NCBI GenBank assembly: GCA_947459155.1
Contig: CANHCM010000003.1
Coordinates: 1-37,575, forward strand
Reading direction: 5' to 3'
DNA: 37,575 nucleotides
Source of the DNA: Bacteroidota bacterium
GTDB lineage: Bacteria > Bacteroidota > Bacteroidia > M30B66
The notes under the pieces are model-generated. The model saw nothing but the letters and a program-made list of their open reading frames with translations, was not told where the DNA came from and ran no database searches. Made by a program: the position numbers and the translations under genes. How positions within the stretch are numbered: the first letter of the stretch is position 1; the number at the start of each line of letters is the position of its first letter. Below are positions 18,649 to 27,971 of the stretch, one piece after another.

Positions 18649-20337
18649 TTAATAAAACACCGAAATGCTGCCTCGCTTTTCATAGCTTGTACCGTCGCCG
18701 GCCGCACGCAGCAGTAAGAAGTAAGTGCCTGCCGGAACAAGTTCACCGCCCGGACTTTTCCCATCCCAAAACGTTTGAGCCTGGTTGCTTTCAAAAACCA
18801 GATTTCCCCAGCGGTCGAAAATGCGAACTTCAATTTCCTTAAGCCCTCCATTTTTCAACAGAAATACATCATTAACCCCATCGCCATTGGGTGAAAAGGC
18901 ATCGGGAATTTCCAAGCCTTCCAGCACGGTAATCTTGGCCTGTGCCGTGTCGCGGCAACCGGCTTCCGACTCGCCCACAAGGCTTACTATATAACCGCCC
19001 TGACCGTCGTAAGTAGCACTAAATGACGGCCCCAAACCGGTTAATCCACCACCCGACTCCCAGTAGAAGACCGTAGCGCCGCTAAATTCGGCTGTAAACG
19101 ACCAAATTTCGCCGGGGAAAGGATATTCAGGAGCAATAACATTGATATCAACAGAGGGCAATGGGTGCAGCGTTACGGGTAAGCTTCCTCCCAATGAGCT
19201 GCATCCATTGCCGGCAGTAGACACAACCGACACAACACCGGGTGGTTGATCGCCCCAGTTGATTTCCACTTCCGGGCCATCCTGGAAGACCAGGGCGCCG
19301 CCTGTGATGTTCCACAAGTAGTTTACCCCAGTTTGTGGATTGCTAACCGAGTAGGCCACAGAAGCGCTAAGCGAACAAAGACTGTCGGGACCCACTACTA
19401 AAGGGGTTTCAGGACGAAGCGCATAAAGCGAAAGCGCTGCCGGGCCCTGAAGCACATCGCTGAATGCAAGTTCCAGCGAGTCGCCGGGAGGCACAAGGCT
19501 TGAGTTCAGGCGCGACCAGCCATCGCCCGCGTTCAATCCACGAAGGGCCCATCCGGCTTGGCCGTTGAAAAAAGAGGGCGGAAATGTGGTGTTGAACGAG
19601 ACCTCTCCCGACTCCGGATAAATGCGATAATTAAACTGAGGATCGATGGAGCAAATCAGGGGGTCGCTGAGGAAAACCGGCAAGCCCTCCGAAACGGCTG
19701 AAGCTTCCGAATAACGCAATCCAATTACCGAAGCGCTTGGGGTCTCCAACAGAATCGGGCGGTATCTCAAACTATCACCAACCGGAAAGAGAAAAGCGTC
19801 AGATGCCGAAAGGCTTCGAAAAAAGGCGCCATTCAAGCCACTGATTACCCAGCCTTCCGACCGGCTCAGGCTGTTTGGGGTGTTTCCCTGCAAACGCAAG
19901 GCAAAGTTGCCGGTAAACAGCTTCACGCTGTCGAGGAGGAGCTGCTGAACAGATACCTCTCTCAGAATCCGACGTATGCCCGACCCTGAATTTTCCCAAA
20001 TACCCAGCGCGATTGAAGAGTCGCCACTCAGTATATGAATATCGCCGGCAGTTACGAGCCTGGATGAGCCAGCCGCATTCATCACTCCCGATTGAACAAG
20101 ATTTTCGCCGAGAATAAGGTCACCCGTCAATTCGAAAAGGCCCTTGTTAAAAACCGATTTACCTACCCTGATTTCTCCGCTGAGTATAAGTTCGGCCAAG
20201 GGTTCTATTTTCAGGCTGTCGTTGATCAACAATTGGGCATCGCTCTGAACATGAAGCAAGCAGCCTGGTGTTAGAACCAGTTGAGTCATCCCCCGAAAGG
20301 GGAAAACCAGCAACAAAGCCAGAACGAACCGATGCAT
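18649..20337 (-). CDS. T9SS cargo with PKD-like domains and type B (gliding motility-associated) CTD
   Basis: Signal peptide; VVGPDSLC/YLWNITGG/GC PKD-like repeats; CTD IPDAFSPNGDGVND...IFDRWG...WDG...GTYF...G. Confidence 0.88.
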   Translation of the reverse strand: MHRFVLALLLVFPFRGMTQLVLTPGCLLHVQSDAQLLINDSLKIEPLAELILSGEIRVGKSVFNKGLFELTGDLILGENLVQSGVMNAAGSSRLVTAGDIHILSGDSSIALGIWENSGSGIRRILREVSVQQLLLDSVKLFTGNFALRLQGNTPNSLSRSEGWVISGLNGAFFRSLSASDAFLFPVGDSLRYRPILLETPSASVIGLRYSEASAVSEGLPVFLSDPLICSIDPQFNYRIYPESGEVSFNTTFPPSFFNGQAGWALRGLNAGDGWSRLNSSLVPPGDSLELAFSDVLQGPAALSLYALRPETPLVVGPDSLCSLSASVAYSVSNPQTGVNYLWNITGGALVFQDGPEVEINWGDQPPGVVSVVSTAGNGCSSLGGSLPVTLHPLPSVDINVIAPEYPFPGEIWSFTAEFSGATVFYWESGGGLTGLGPSFSATYDGQGGYIVSLVGESEAGCRDTAQAKITVLEGLEIPDAFSPNGDGVNDVFLLKNGGLKEIEVRIFDRWGNLVFESNQAQTFWDGKSPGGELVPAGTYFLLLRAAGDGTSYEKRGSISVFY

Positions 20338-20676
20338 TTATGGTTGGGCTGGAGGGTCGAGTAAATCGAGTTTTTCGGCGTAATACTGACCAAAGTCGCG
20401 CATGGTTTCGGCCATGATTTTTTCGCCCGTAGCGCGTTCCAGGGTGTCGGCCATCATCAGCAGGCTTTGATGGATGAACTTTTTCATCTCATCGACCGTC
20501 ATTTCTTTCGTCCACAAATCAACCCGCAACGCGTTTTGTTCGGCGGGGTCCCAAACAGAAAGCATAACCGCGTTGGCTGGCCTGTTTTTCACATTGTTGT
20601 CGGTGGCGTCCCAGTGGATTTGCTCGGGCACCTTATGCTGGTCGAGCTTAACTTTAAAGAGAATGTCGGAGGTCAT
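20338..20676 (-). CDS. gldC: Gliding motility protein GldC
   Basis: SDILFKVKLDQHKVPEQIHWDATD, LRVDLWTKEMTVDEMKKF, MRDFGQYYAEKL; directly downstream of gldB. Confidence 0.93.
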   Translation of the reverse strand: MTSDILFKVKLDQHKVPEQIHWDATDNNVKNRPANAVMLSVWDPAEQNALRVDLWTKEMTVDEMKKFIHQSLLMMADTLERATGEKIMAETMRDFGQYYAEKLDLLDPPAQP

Positions 20677-21716
20677 AGTTTTGCAGGCTTGTAGCCCGAT
20701 GATTTAAACAGTTGGTGGGCATCGGTGTTCGCCATTAATTCGGCAAGGCCCATTTTTGGATTTCTATCCATGTAGCTTTTCACGATTTGCCATCCCAGCC
20801 AAACACCGATTTTCGGAGGCGAATCTTTAGGGAATCCCGGCGTGAAAGGTCCATCGTTGATAAAGCTTACCTGATCGTTGAAGTCGGTAGAGTAAAACAG
20901 CTTTTTATCAATAAAGAGCGACCAAATGCGCCCTTCGTTGGCCTTACACCAATCGAGCTGAGCTTTGTCGTAGCCCAAAAAGTGCTCGGGTGGCGTATCC
21001 GGCAAAAGCTGAGTACAGAAGTACTGCACTTTACCATGGTATACCATGTACGAAATCAGGTCTTCCTGTTTTTGGCTAAAGGGATGACTTGCCGTTACAA
21101 AGCCACGAATCGCATCGGCTACGATCATCTCGCGGTGCATGTTTTTTACCTTGTATGATGGCATCGCCAACCACTCATAGAATTGACTCTTCTGGCCGAG
21201 GTACATATCAAGGCCGATGGCCAACACAGAGTCGGTTGCCGCAACAGAGTAATTAAAACCCGAAACCATCGTCACAACCCGGGGAATCAACGAATCAGGA
21301 AACACCCTGTGATAACGGTTAAGCCCCTCGCTGATGGGCTTTTCCATAAACCCGATGTCGGGGTATTGCTTTTGAACCTCTGCGTAAACTGTTTTTATGT
21401 CGGGATCGTTGATGAACCCCAGCACATTTTCCCGAAACAAAGGCTGATCCGGGCTTCCGGTGCGGAGAATTTTTGCGGAGAACAGTGCGGGGAAGTCTCC
21501 GTAGCGCTTAAACAACTTCTGCGTATCGGCCGTAAATGTCTCCTTCCTCAACGCAAACCAGTCGCGATCGAACCGATCGAACCGGATGCGAATGTCGGGT
21601 GTTTCGACTTCTGTAGCCTCCGGAATACGGGTGGCCGTAGAGGAATCGCCGCCTCCTGCACAGGCTGAAAACACTGTTAAAAAAATGAAGAATAGGCCTT
21701 TGGTGAACTCCGTCAT
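20673..21716 (-). CDS. gldB: Gliding motility lipoprotein GldB
   Basis: Lipobox FSAC; RFDR, IGLDMYLG, GPFT...SPPKIGVWLGWQIVKSYM, terminal SGYKP. Confidence 0.92.
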   Translation of the reverse strand: MTEFTKGLFFIFLTVFSACAGGGDSSTATRIPEATEVETPDIRIRFDRFDRDWFALRKETFTADTQKLFKRYGDFPALFSAKILRTGSPDQPLFRENVLGFINDPDIKTVYAEVQKQYPDIGFMEKPISEGLNRYHRVFPDSLIPRVVTMVSGFNYSVAATDSVLAIGLDMYLGQKSQFYEWLAMPSYKVKNMHREMIVADAIRGFVTASHPFSQKQEDLISYMVYHGKVQYFCTQLLPDTPPEHFLGYDKAQLDWCKANEGRIWSLFIDKKLFYSTDFNDQVSFINDGPFTPGFPKDSPPKIGVWLGWQIVKSYMDRNPKMGLAELMANTDAHQLFKSSGYKPAKL

Positions 21717-21732
21717 ACTTTGCCCAGATAGC

Positions 21733-21760
21733 TATCTTTGTGCAATAACGGCCAAAATTA
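21733..21760. promoter_or_regulatory. Overlapping divergent -7 elements for the PorT-like gene (+) and gldB (-)
   Basis: TATCTTTG (+, 21733-21740) and TAATTTTG (-, about 21752-21759). Confidence 0.5.
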
Positions 21761-21798
21761 GTAAACAATACTTCCCATCTGGCATTTCATCAAAACCT

Positions 21799-22563
21799 AT
21801 GAAAAAGCTCCTTCTTTTATCGCTCCTACTTCCGGCATTCGTTTTCGCTCAAGAATCCGGCGGGCGCCGTGTTCGCTTCGGACTTAAAATCGCCCCAATG
21901 GGTTCATGGATGAAGCCTGATTTTGATACTCAAGGCGCTTCTTCTCAATACCAGGCCGAAGGCGGAGGGCTCCGCTTCGGGTTTAGCTGGGGCCCGACTG
22001 TAGAATTTCGCCTTGATGAAAACTTCCTCGTAGGAACAGGTATCGACATCAACTACTTCAACGGTCGGCTCCAAGGGCGCTCATCGCTAAACCCAGCCTC
22101 AGGAAGTGTGTTGCCCCCTATCGTGTATGACTGGGAAAACACCTACAAGGCCCGCTATGTAGAAGTTCCCCTCATGATTAAAGGCCGCACCAAGGAAATC
22201 GGCGCCCTTCGTTACTTTCTCAACTTTGGACTCAGCGCGGGCTTCCGCTATAAGTCAAGCGCCGAATTCACCGATGTAATCGGAAACCAAAGTAGCGTTA
22301 TCTCCTACAACGATGCTTCCAGCTTCATGAATAGCTTTCGTGGAGCACTGCTCGTAGGTGGCGGTGTAGAATATAACCTCAGTGGTAACACTTCGCTGGT
22401 GGCCGGAATCCAATTCAACAATGGCCTTACGAACCAGCTGAAAAACCAGGTAAGATTGGTAGATCCGGAACTGGCCACCAATGGATACACCGACGATTTC
22501 AACACCGTGAAAGAAAGCGCCATCCTCAACTACCTGCAACTGAACGTAGGCATCCTGTTCTAA
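21799..22563 (+). CDS. PorT-like outer membrane beta-barrel protein
   Basis: Signal peptide MKKLLLLSLLLPAFVFAQ; RFGLK, YVEVPLMIK, FNNGLTN and terminal F; sits upstream of nadE. Confidence 0.85.
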   Translation: MKKLLLLSLLLPAFVFAQESGGRRVRFGLKIAPMGSWMKPDFDTQGASSQYQAEGGGLRFGFSWGPTVEFRLDENFLVGTGIDINYFNGRLQGRSSLNPASGSVLPPIVYDWENTYKARYVEVPLMIKGRTKEIGALRYFLNFGLSAGFRYKSSAEFTDVIGNQSSVISYNDASSFMNSFRGALLVGGGVEYNLSGNTSLVAGIQFNNGLTNQLKNQVRLVDPELATNGYTDDFNTVKESAILNYLQLNVGILF

Positions 22564-22566
22564 CCC

Positions 22567-24222
22567 ATGAAAATTGCCCTCGCCCAGATCAATTGCCTGA
22601 TCGGCGATTTTGAAGGCAATACCGCACAAATCCTTTCTGCCATTCGCCGCGCCGAAAGCGATGGAGCAAACCTCGTGGTCTTCCCCGAACTCGCCGTTTG
22701 TGGTTACCCACCCCTCGATTTTCTCGAATTCAACGATTTTATCACCCGCTGCCAGGAGGCCATCAATACCATTGCCCAAGCCTGTACAAGCGTTGCTGCC
22801 ATCGTTGGGGCCCCATCCGTCAACCCAAACATCGAGGGAAAAAACCTCTTTAACTCCGCATTTTTCCTTCAGAATGGGAAAATTGCCCAGGTAGTCCACA
22901 AAACACTGCTGCCCAATTACGACGTGTTCGACGAGTACCGGTACTTTGAACCCAACACCCAGTTCAAATGCATCTCGTTTATGGGTAAGAAAATCGCCCT
23001 CACCATTTGTGAAGACCTTTGGGACGTCGACGAAGACAAAATGTACGTTCGTTGGCCAATGGACGAACTCATCAAGGAAGCGCCACAGCTGATGATCAAC
23101 ATCGCGGCCTCACCGTTCAACTATCGCCACGCCGAAAGCCGCAAGCGCATCCTTCATCAAACCTGCCTCAAATATGCGCTCCCGGTTTTCTACGTGAACC
23201 ACGCCGGAGCGCAAACAGAACTCATCTTCGACGGAGGCTCGCTCGTGATGAACAAAGAAGGCAACGTAGTGAGCGAAATGGCTTATTTCCGCCCCGACTA
23301 TCTGCTATACGACCTCGACTGGGTAAAAACCGCACGCAGCGTGCCTTTCGGCGCCGAGCTTAACCTCTCGCACCCCGACATTGAAATCGAACGCATCTAT
23401 CAGGCGTTACTGCTTGGCATCCGCGACTATTTCCGCAAGCTGGGCTTCTCCAAAGCTATTCTGGGTCTCAGTGGTGGCATCGACTCGGCAGTGGTTTACG
23501 CCCTCGCCATCGAAGCCCTCGGCCCCGAAAACGTACTCGGCGTAATGATGCCCTCGGCCTACTCTTCCGACCATTCGCTCAGCGACTCCATAGAGCTGGC
23601 CAGAAACCTCAACGGAAAAACCGAGAAAATCCCTATCGAATCGGCATTCTCCGCCTTCGAATCAAGCCTCAGTACGCAGTTTGCCGGCAAAAGCCCCGAC
23701 CTCACCGAAGAAAACCTTCAGGCCCGAATTCGCGGCGTTCTCCTCATGGCCATGAGCAATAAATTCGGCTACATTCTGCTCAACACCTCCAATAAAAGCG
23801 AAGCCGCCGTTGGCTACGGCACCCTCTACGGCGACATGTGCGGAGGGCTTTCCGTCATTGGCGACCTTTACAAAACACAGGTTTACGCGCTCGCCCGTTA
23901 CATCAACCGCGACCGCGAAATCATCCCGAAAAACATCCTCACCAAAGCGCCAAGCGCCGAGCTCCGCCCCGGACAAAAAGACTCCGACTCCTTGCCCGAG
24001 TACGATCAGCTCGACCCCATTCTCTATCAATACATCGAACTTCGAAAAGGCCCACGCGAACTTATCGCCGCCGGTCATTCCGAGGCCCTTGTCAATCGCA
24101 TCCTAAAACTCGTCAACACCAACGAGTACAAGCGTTACCAAACGCCTCCCGTATTGCGGGTTTCTCCAAAAGCCTTTGGCTCCGGTCGCCGCATGCCCAT
24201 CGTTGGGCGCTATTTGAGCTGA
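22567..24222 (+). CDS. nadE: Glutamine-dependent NAD+ synthetase
   Basis: Nitrilase-like domain (FPEL, K, ICEDLW) fused to the synthetase domain (GLSGGIDS, ENLQARIR, TSNKSE, PSAEL). Confidence 0.97.
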   Translation: MKIALAQINCLIGDFEGNTAQILSAIRRAESDGANLVVFPELAVCGYPPLDFLEFNDFITRCQEAINTIAQACTSVAAIVGAPSVNPNIEGKNLFNSAFFLQNGKIAQVVHKTLLPNYDVFDEYRYFEPNTQFKCISFMGKKIALTICEDLWDVDEDKMYVRWPMDELIKEAPQLMINIAASPFNYRHAESRKRILHQTCLKYALPVFYVNHAGAQTELIFDGGSLVMNKEGNVVSEMAYFRPDYLLYDLDWVKTARSVPFGAELNLSHPDIEIERIYQALLLGIRDYFRKLGFSKAILGLSGGIDSAVVYALAIEALGPENVLGVMMPSAYSSDHSLSDSIELARNLNGKTEKIPIESAFSAFESSLSTQFAGKSPDLTEENLQARIRGVLLMAMSNKFGYILLNTSNKSEAAVGYGTLYGDMCGGLSVIGDLYKTQVYALARYINRDREIIPKNILTKAPSAELRPGQKDSDSLPEYDQLDPILYQYIELRKGPRELIAAGHSEALVNRILKLVNTNEYKRYQTPPVLRVSPKAFGSGRRMPIVGRYLS

Positions 24223-24232
24223 GTCTTTTTTT

Positions 24233-24334
24233 GGGGCTTTGCCTACGGCACCGGGCTTTCCATTACAAGTCCTCGTAGCGGACGGCAAAAAAGCCGCCTC
24301 TACTGCGGGCTTTTCATTTCAATCCCTAAGCCGC
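24233..24334 (+). ncRNA. Flavo-1-like structured RNA/repeat element, copy 2
   Basis: CCGGGCTTTCCATTACAAGTCCTCG...CTGCGGGCTTTTCATTTCAATCCCT closed by GGCTT/AAGCC; fills the gap between convergent nadE and the TonB receptor. Confidence 0.8.
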
Positions 24335-24340
24335 GCCCGC

Positions 24341-26809
24341 CTAGAACTTCACGTTCAACTGAATTGCCGTGGTACGCGGCGACTCTATCGACATCGGCCG
24401 TAAGGCATACTCCTTATTCATCAGGTTGTTCACCACGAAAACAAGGCTCACCGTTTCGGAGGCGTTAAACACCAGCCGCGCATCGAGCACCCAAACACCT
24501 TCGTTGTTCTCGCGCCGGTAAGCCTTCAGCCCTGGCTGTGGTTGCCCCAACAGTCCGAGAAAGTCATCCAAATCCTCAAAAATCTTATCCACATTCCGCA
24601 TAAAGCTATTGTACCGGGCACTGAAACCAATGGCCCACTTGCCGCGGCTCAGTTCTATGTCGGTTTTGAACAAATGCTGAAAACGGTATTTCAGAATGTT
24701 ATCGGTCGAATCAGAAGACGAGGTCGCATAAGTAACCGGCTTTCCACTCAGCTGTACCGGGTAGCCAAGCTGCGGCTCAAGGGCGATCGGTAAAGTGTAC
24801 GTGTAGCCACTCAGGAGGGCGATTCCGGTTTTGCCAATTTTTCCCTGGCCAACCAGAGAGGCATCCCATCCACTTACCCGCGTGCGGCCAATATTGAGCG
24901 AGGCAAAGCCCAAACCGAAGAACTGCGCCGGGTCGAGCGGACCAAACAAGCCAAAGTTGAATTCGATGTTGTCTTCAAATTGCTGTAAAAAGTAAACCAC
25001 GTCGAGATACCCCTGGAAATTCCCGATTTTAAACCCTTGTTTAATGCCCGCCTCCGCATTAAACGAGCTCTCTGAGCGAATGCTGTCGTTGGGGTAAATC
25101 TGTATCGGCCCTACCTGCGTACGAATAAACTTCTCGGCAATGGTCGGGAAACGGTAACCCTGACCAAACGAGGCCCTGAAGAACGTAGCCTTGTGCAGCT
25201 TTAGGTTCATTCCCGCCCTGAACACAGGCCGGCCCTCGCGGGTGTAGGTTGCGCTGTCGTTTTGGTTGTACCGCGGACTGCTAATGCTAAAATGTTCATA
25301 CCGCGCTCCGGCCGATAGGGTTAATCGTTCCCAGAAGGTGCGCTCAAGCTGCAGGTAGGCCGCAATATTTCGGTTGTCGGAAAAGGCCTGCTGGTTAAGG
25401 GTGTCAGACAAGTTTCCTTTGTAAAGCTCCGAAACACCTCTGGTGTAGGAATGCAGTGCTCCGGCAGTGAGTATTAAGCCTTTGAGCGGGCCGTTTTCAT
25501 AACGCTTCTGCAGCTGGTACTCACTAAAAAACAGATTGCTTTTGTTGCTTTGATTGTTGTCGTTGTTGTTGTCGAGGTGAAACCAGCGGTTGCGGAGCAC
25601 GTGTCGGTAGCCTTTTTTACCTAAGTATTGTACAAAGGGATCCACATAGGCCGCCGTTTGCAAGGTTAAGGTAAGCGATCCTGGGTAGGCGCGGTACATG
25701 CCCGAGTCGGCATTCAGCCACAACAAGGCGCCAGTCGAGCGAGAAAGCATCGCGTTGGCATTCAGCCCAACACTCAATCCTTCTACCTTTTTAAAGCGAT
25801 ACCTGAGGTTCATATTCAGCCTTCCCCGGTTCTCGAATTCGCCACGCTGCTCTGCCAATGGGTTAAACGTGGTGTCGCTAATATCAATCGGTGCTGGGCC
25901 TTTGAACCCGTTGTCGTTGAAGAAGTTGCCGCCAACCACCAAATCGAGGTTCCCCACTTTTCGGGAGTGAAAAAAGTTAAGCCCGGTATACGTCGGGTTG
26001 TTATCGCCCCAGTAAATCGCCTCCCGATTGCGCGGGTTGTTGTAGACGCCCGAAAAAAGGCTGATTTTCGTTTGAGGTACATCCCGTGGATACGCTGTAC
26101 GGATGTTCAACACTCCGCTTAAAGCGGCCGATCCGTACAACACCGAGGAGGCTCCTTTGATGACTTCAACCTGTTCGATATTTTCTACCGGAATAAAACC
26201 CCAGCTCGGCCTGCCGGCATCGCCCGACAGAATGGGTAAGTCATCCACCAAAATCATTACACGGCTTCCGGCCCCGAATGAATAACCACTGCCGCTTCTA
26301 ATCTGTGGTTCACTGTCAACAATGGTCATTCCGGGTACCTGCTGCAGCGCATCATCAATCGAGGTGGTGTTTTTGTTTTCAATGATGTTGGGTTTTAAAA
26401 CCTCCATACTCACAGTGAGTTGCTCAATGTTTTGCTCATATTTCCCGGCCGTTGTCACGAAGGTCTTCAGCTCTGTCGAGCTCGATCTGAGCACAATGTC
26501 TACCCTTCGCTCTTCTCCGGGATTGATCGAAAGTTCCAGCTCCCGGGTAACAAAGCCAATTTGCTGAAATACCACCGTGCGGCTGCCAGGCATGAGCATA
26601 AGTAGATACTCGCCCTCAACCGAACTCACCACTCCAGCCGTTTCACTGCCCCTTGCAAACACCGCTACCGAAACCAATGGCTCGCCCTTCTCATCGGTAA
26701 TTTTACCCCTAAGCTTTGCCCGCTCTACCTGCGCACTGACAATTACAGTGCTGAAGGCAAAAAAAATGGCGAATAACGACAGGGTTCGGCGATTTGTAAA
26801 CAGTTGCAT
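24341..26809 (-). CDS. TonB-dependent receptor
   Basis: Signal peptide; N-terminal carboxypeptidase-regulatory-like domain; plug IEQVEVIKGASSVLYGSAALSGVLNI; barrel with GYRFPT, NNLMN and terminal F; ATG 26809 preferred. Confidence 0.93.
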   Translation of the reverse strand: MQLFTNRRTLSLFAIFFAFSTVIVSAQVERAKLRGKITDEKGEPLVSVAVFARGSETAGVVSSVEGEYLLMLMPGSRTVVFQQIGFVTRELELSINPGEERRVDIVLRSSSTELKTFVTTAGKYEQNIEQLTVSMEVLKPNIIENKNTTSIDDALQQVPGMTIVDSEPQIRSGSGYSFGAGSRVMILVDDLPILSGDAGRPSWGFIPVENIEQVEVIKGASSVLYGSAALSGVLNIRTAYPRDVPQTKISLFSGVYNNPRNREAIYWGDNNPTYTGLNFFHSRKVGNLDLVVGGNFFNDNGFKGPAPIDISDTTFNPLAEQRGEFENRGRLNMNLRYRFKKVEGLSVGLNANAMLSRSTGALLWLNADSGMYRAYPGSLTLTLQTAAYVDPFVQYLGKKGYRHVLRNRWFHLDNNNDNNQSNKSNLFFSEYQLQKRYENGPLKGLILTAGALHSYTRGVSELYKGNLSDTLNQQAFSDNRNIAAYLQLERTFWERLTLSAGARYEHFSISSPRYNQNDSATYTREGRPVFRAGMNLKLHKATFFRASFGQGYRFPTIAEKFIRTQVGPIQIYPNDSIRSESSFNAEAGIKQGFKIGNFQGYLDVVYFLQQFEDNIEFNFGLFGPLDPAQFFGLGFASLNIGRTRVSGWDASLVGQGKIGKTGIALLSGYTYTLPIALEPQLGYPVQLSGKPVTYATSSSDSTDNILKYRFQHLFKTDIELSRGKWAIGFSARYNSFMRNVDKIFEDLDDFLGLLGQPQPGLKAYRRENNEGVWVLDARLVFNASETVSLVFVVNNLMNKEYALRPMSIESPRTTAIQLNVKF

Positions 26810-26843
26810 AGACAAGCGTGGTCGATTAGTAATTTGCAATGTA

Positions 26844-27971
26844 ATGTACAATTCTTCAACTACACAAGACGAGTCCGAAATTCAGTGCCTTCTGGCCCTT
26901 TCTCTCATTGCGGGTATTGGTCCGGTTACAGCGCGCAAAATACTGATGGAATTTGAAACGGCTACCGCCTTTTTCTCAGCCTGGAAAAGAGCCCGCGAGG
27001 GAGTGCTCAGGAAGGGGCCGTTGCTCGAAGCCAATGTTTGGCCGGCTATTCGACACGCCGAGCAGGAGGTGAAACGGGCCGAAAAACACAACATCAGTTT
27101 GTTGGGCATACACGAAGCCGATTACCCGCGAAGGCTCAAGGCCTGCGAAGACAGTCCGCTCGTTCTCTTCGCTAAAGGCCGGCTTCAACTCAATGCGCCA
27201 CGGGTGGTTTCGGTCGTAGGCACGCGAAACGCCACTCACTATGGCGTTGAGGTAACTGAGGCTCTGGTGTCGGAGATTCATGCCCTGGGAGGCTCATTGG
27301 TAAGTGGTTTGGCCTACGGCATCGACACCGCCGCACACCGCGCTGGTCTGCAAGTTGGAGTGCAAAACATTGGTGTTCTGGCCCATGGGCTCGACCGCGT
27401 GTATCCAACTTCCAACCAAAATCTCGCATCTCGAATGGAAGAAAACGGAGGGCTCGTATCAGATTTTCCAACCCAAACCCGCCCCGACCGCGGTAACTTT
27501 CCCATGCGAAACCGCATCATTGCCGGGCTTTGCGATGCGCTCGTTGTGGTTGAAGCTGCCGAAAGTGGCGGGGCGCTCATTACTGCCGGCTTCGCATTAG
27601 GCTACAACCGCGATGTGTTTGCCGTTCCCGGCAGAATTGGCGACGCGTATGCCGCCGGTTGCAATAAGCTGATTCGCAACAACAAAGCAGCAATACTCAC
27701 CACCGTGTCTGATTTGGCCTGGCACCTGGGTTGGAAAACCTCCGACGACACCAAAAAGCTTAGTACACAGCTGAGTTTACCCATCGCCGCAAGCGAACCG
27801 GAAGAAACCCTGCTCAACATCATTCGGAAGGGTACGCACGAGCTCGACTTGATCGCCTTTCAGGCGGAGATGGCCGTAGGCGCGGCATCGGCACTACTGC
27901 TTTCGATGGAGTTTAAAGGTATGGTAAAGAGCTTGCCGGGGAAGCGATTCGAATTAACCGGCTCCTTCTAA
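26844..27971 (+). CDS. dprA: DNA-processing protein DprA
   Basis: YPRRL, VVGTRNATHYG, SGLAYGID, NFPMRNRIIAG, SGALITA-type motif, C-terminal winged helix; ATG 26844. Confidence 0.95.
   Translation: MYNSSTTQDESEIQCLLALSLIAGIGPVTARKILMEFETATAFFSAWKRAREGVLRKGPLLEANVWPAIRHAEQEVKRAEKHNISLLGIHEADYPRRLKACEDSPLVLFAKGRLQLNAPRVVSVVGTRNATHYGVEVTEALVSEIHALGGSLVSGLAYGIDTAAHRAGLQVGVQNIGVLAHGLDRVYPTSNQNLASRMEENGGLVSDFPTQTRPDRGNFPMRNRIIAGLCDALVVVEAAESGGALITAGFALGYNRDVFAVPGRIGDAYAAGCNKLIRNNKAAILTTVSDLAWHLGWKTSDDTKKLSTQLSLPIAASEPEETLLNIIRKGTHELDLIAFQAEMAVGAASALLLSMEFKGMVKSLPGKRFELTGSF

Noticed and set aside
18600-18660. Switch from mostly plus to mostly minus genes as a replication terminus
   Set aside because: No dif-like TTATGTTAAAT arm seen, and gene orientation remains mixed.
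26844-27971. DprA as part of an anti-phage system
   Set aside because: Canonical three-domain DprA without a PRTase or other defence partner.
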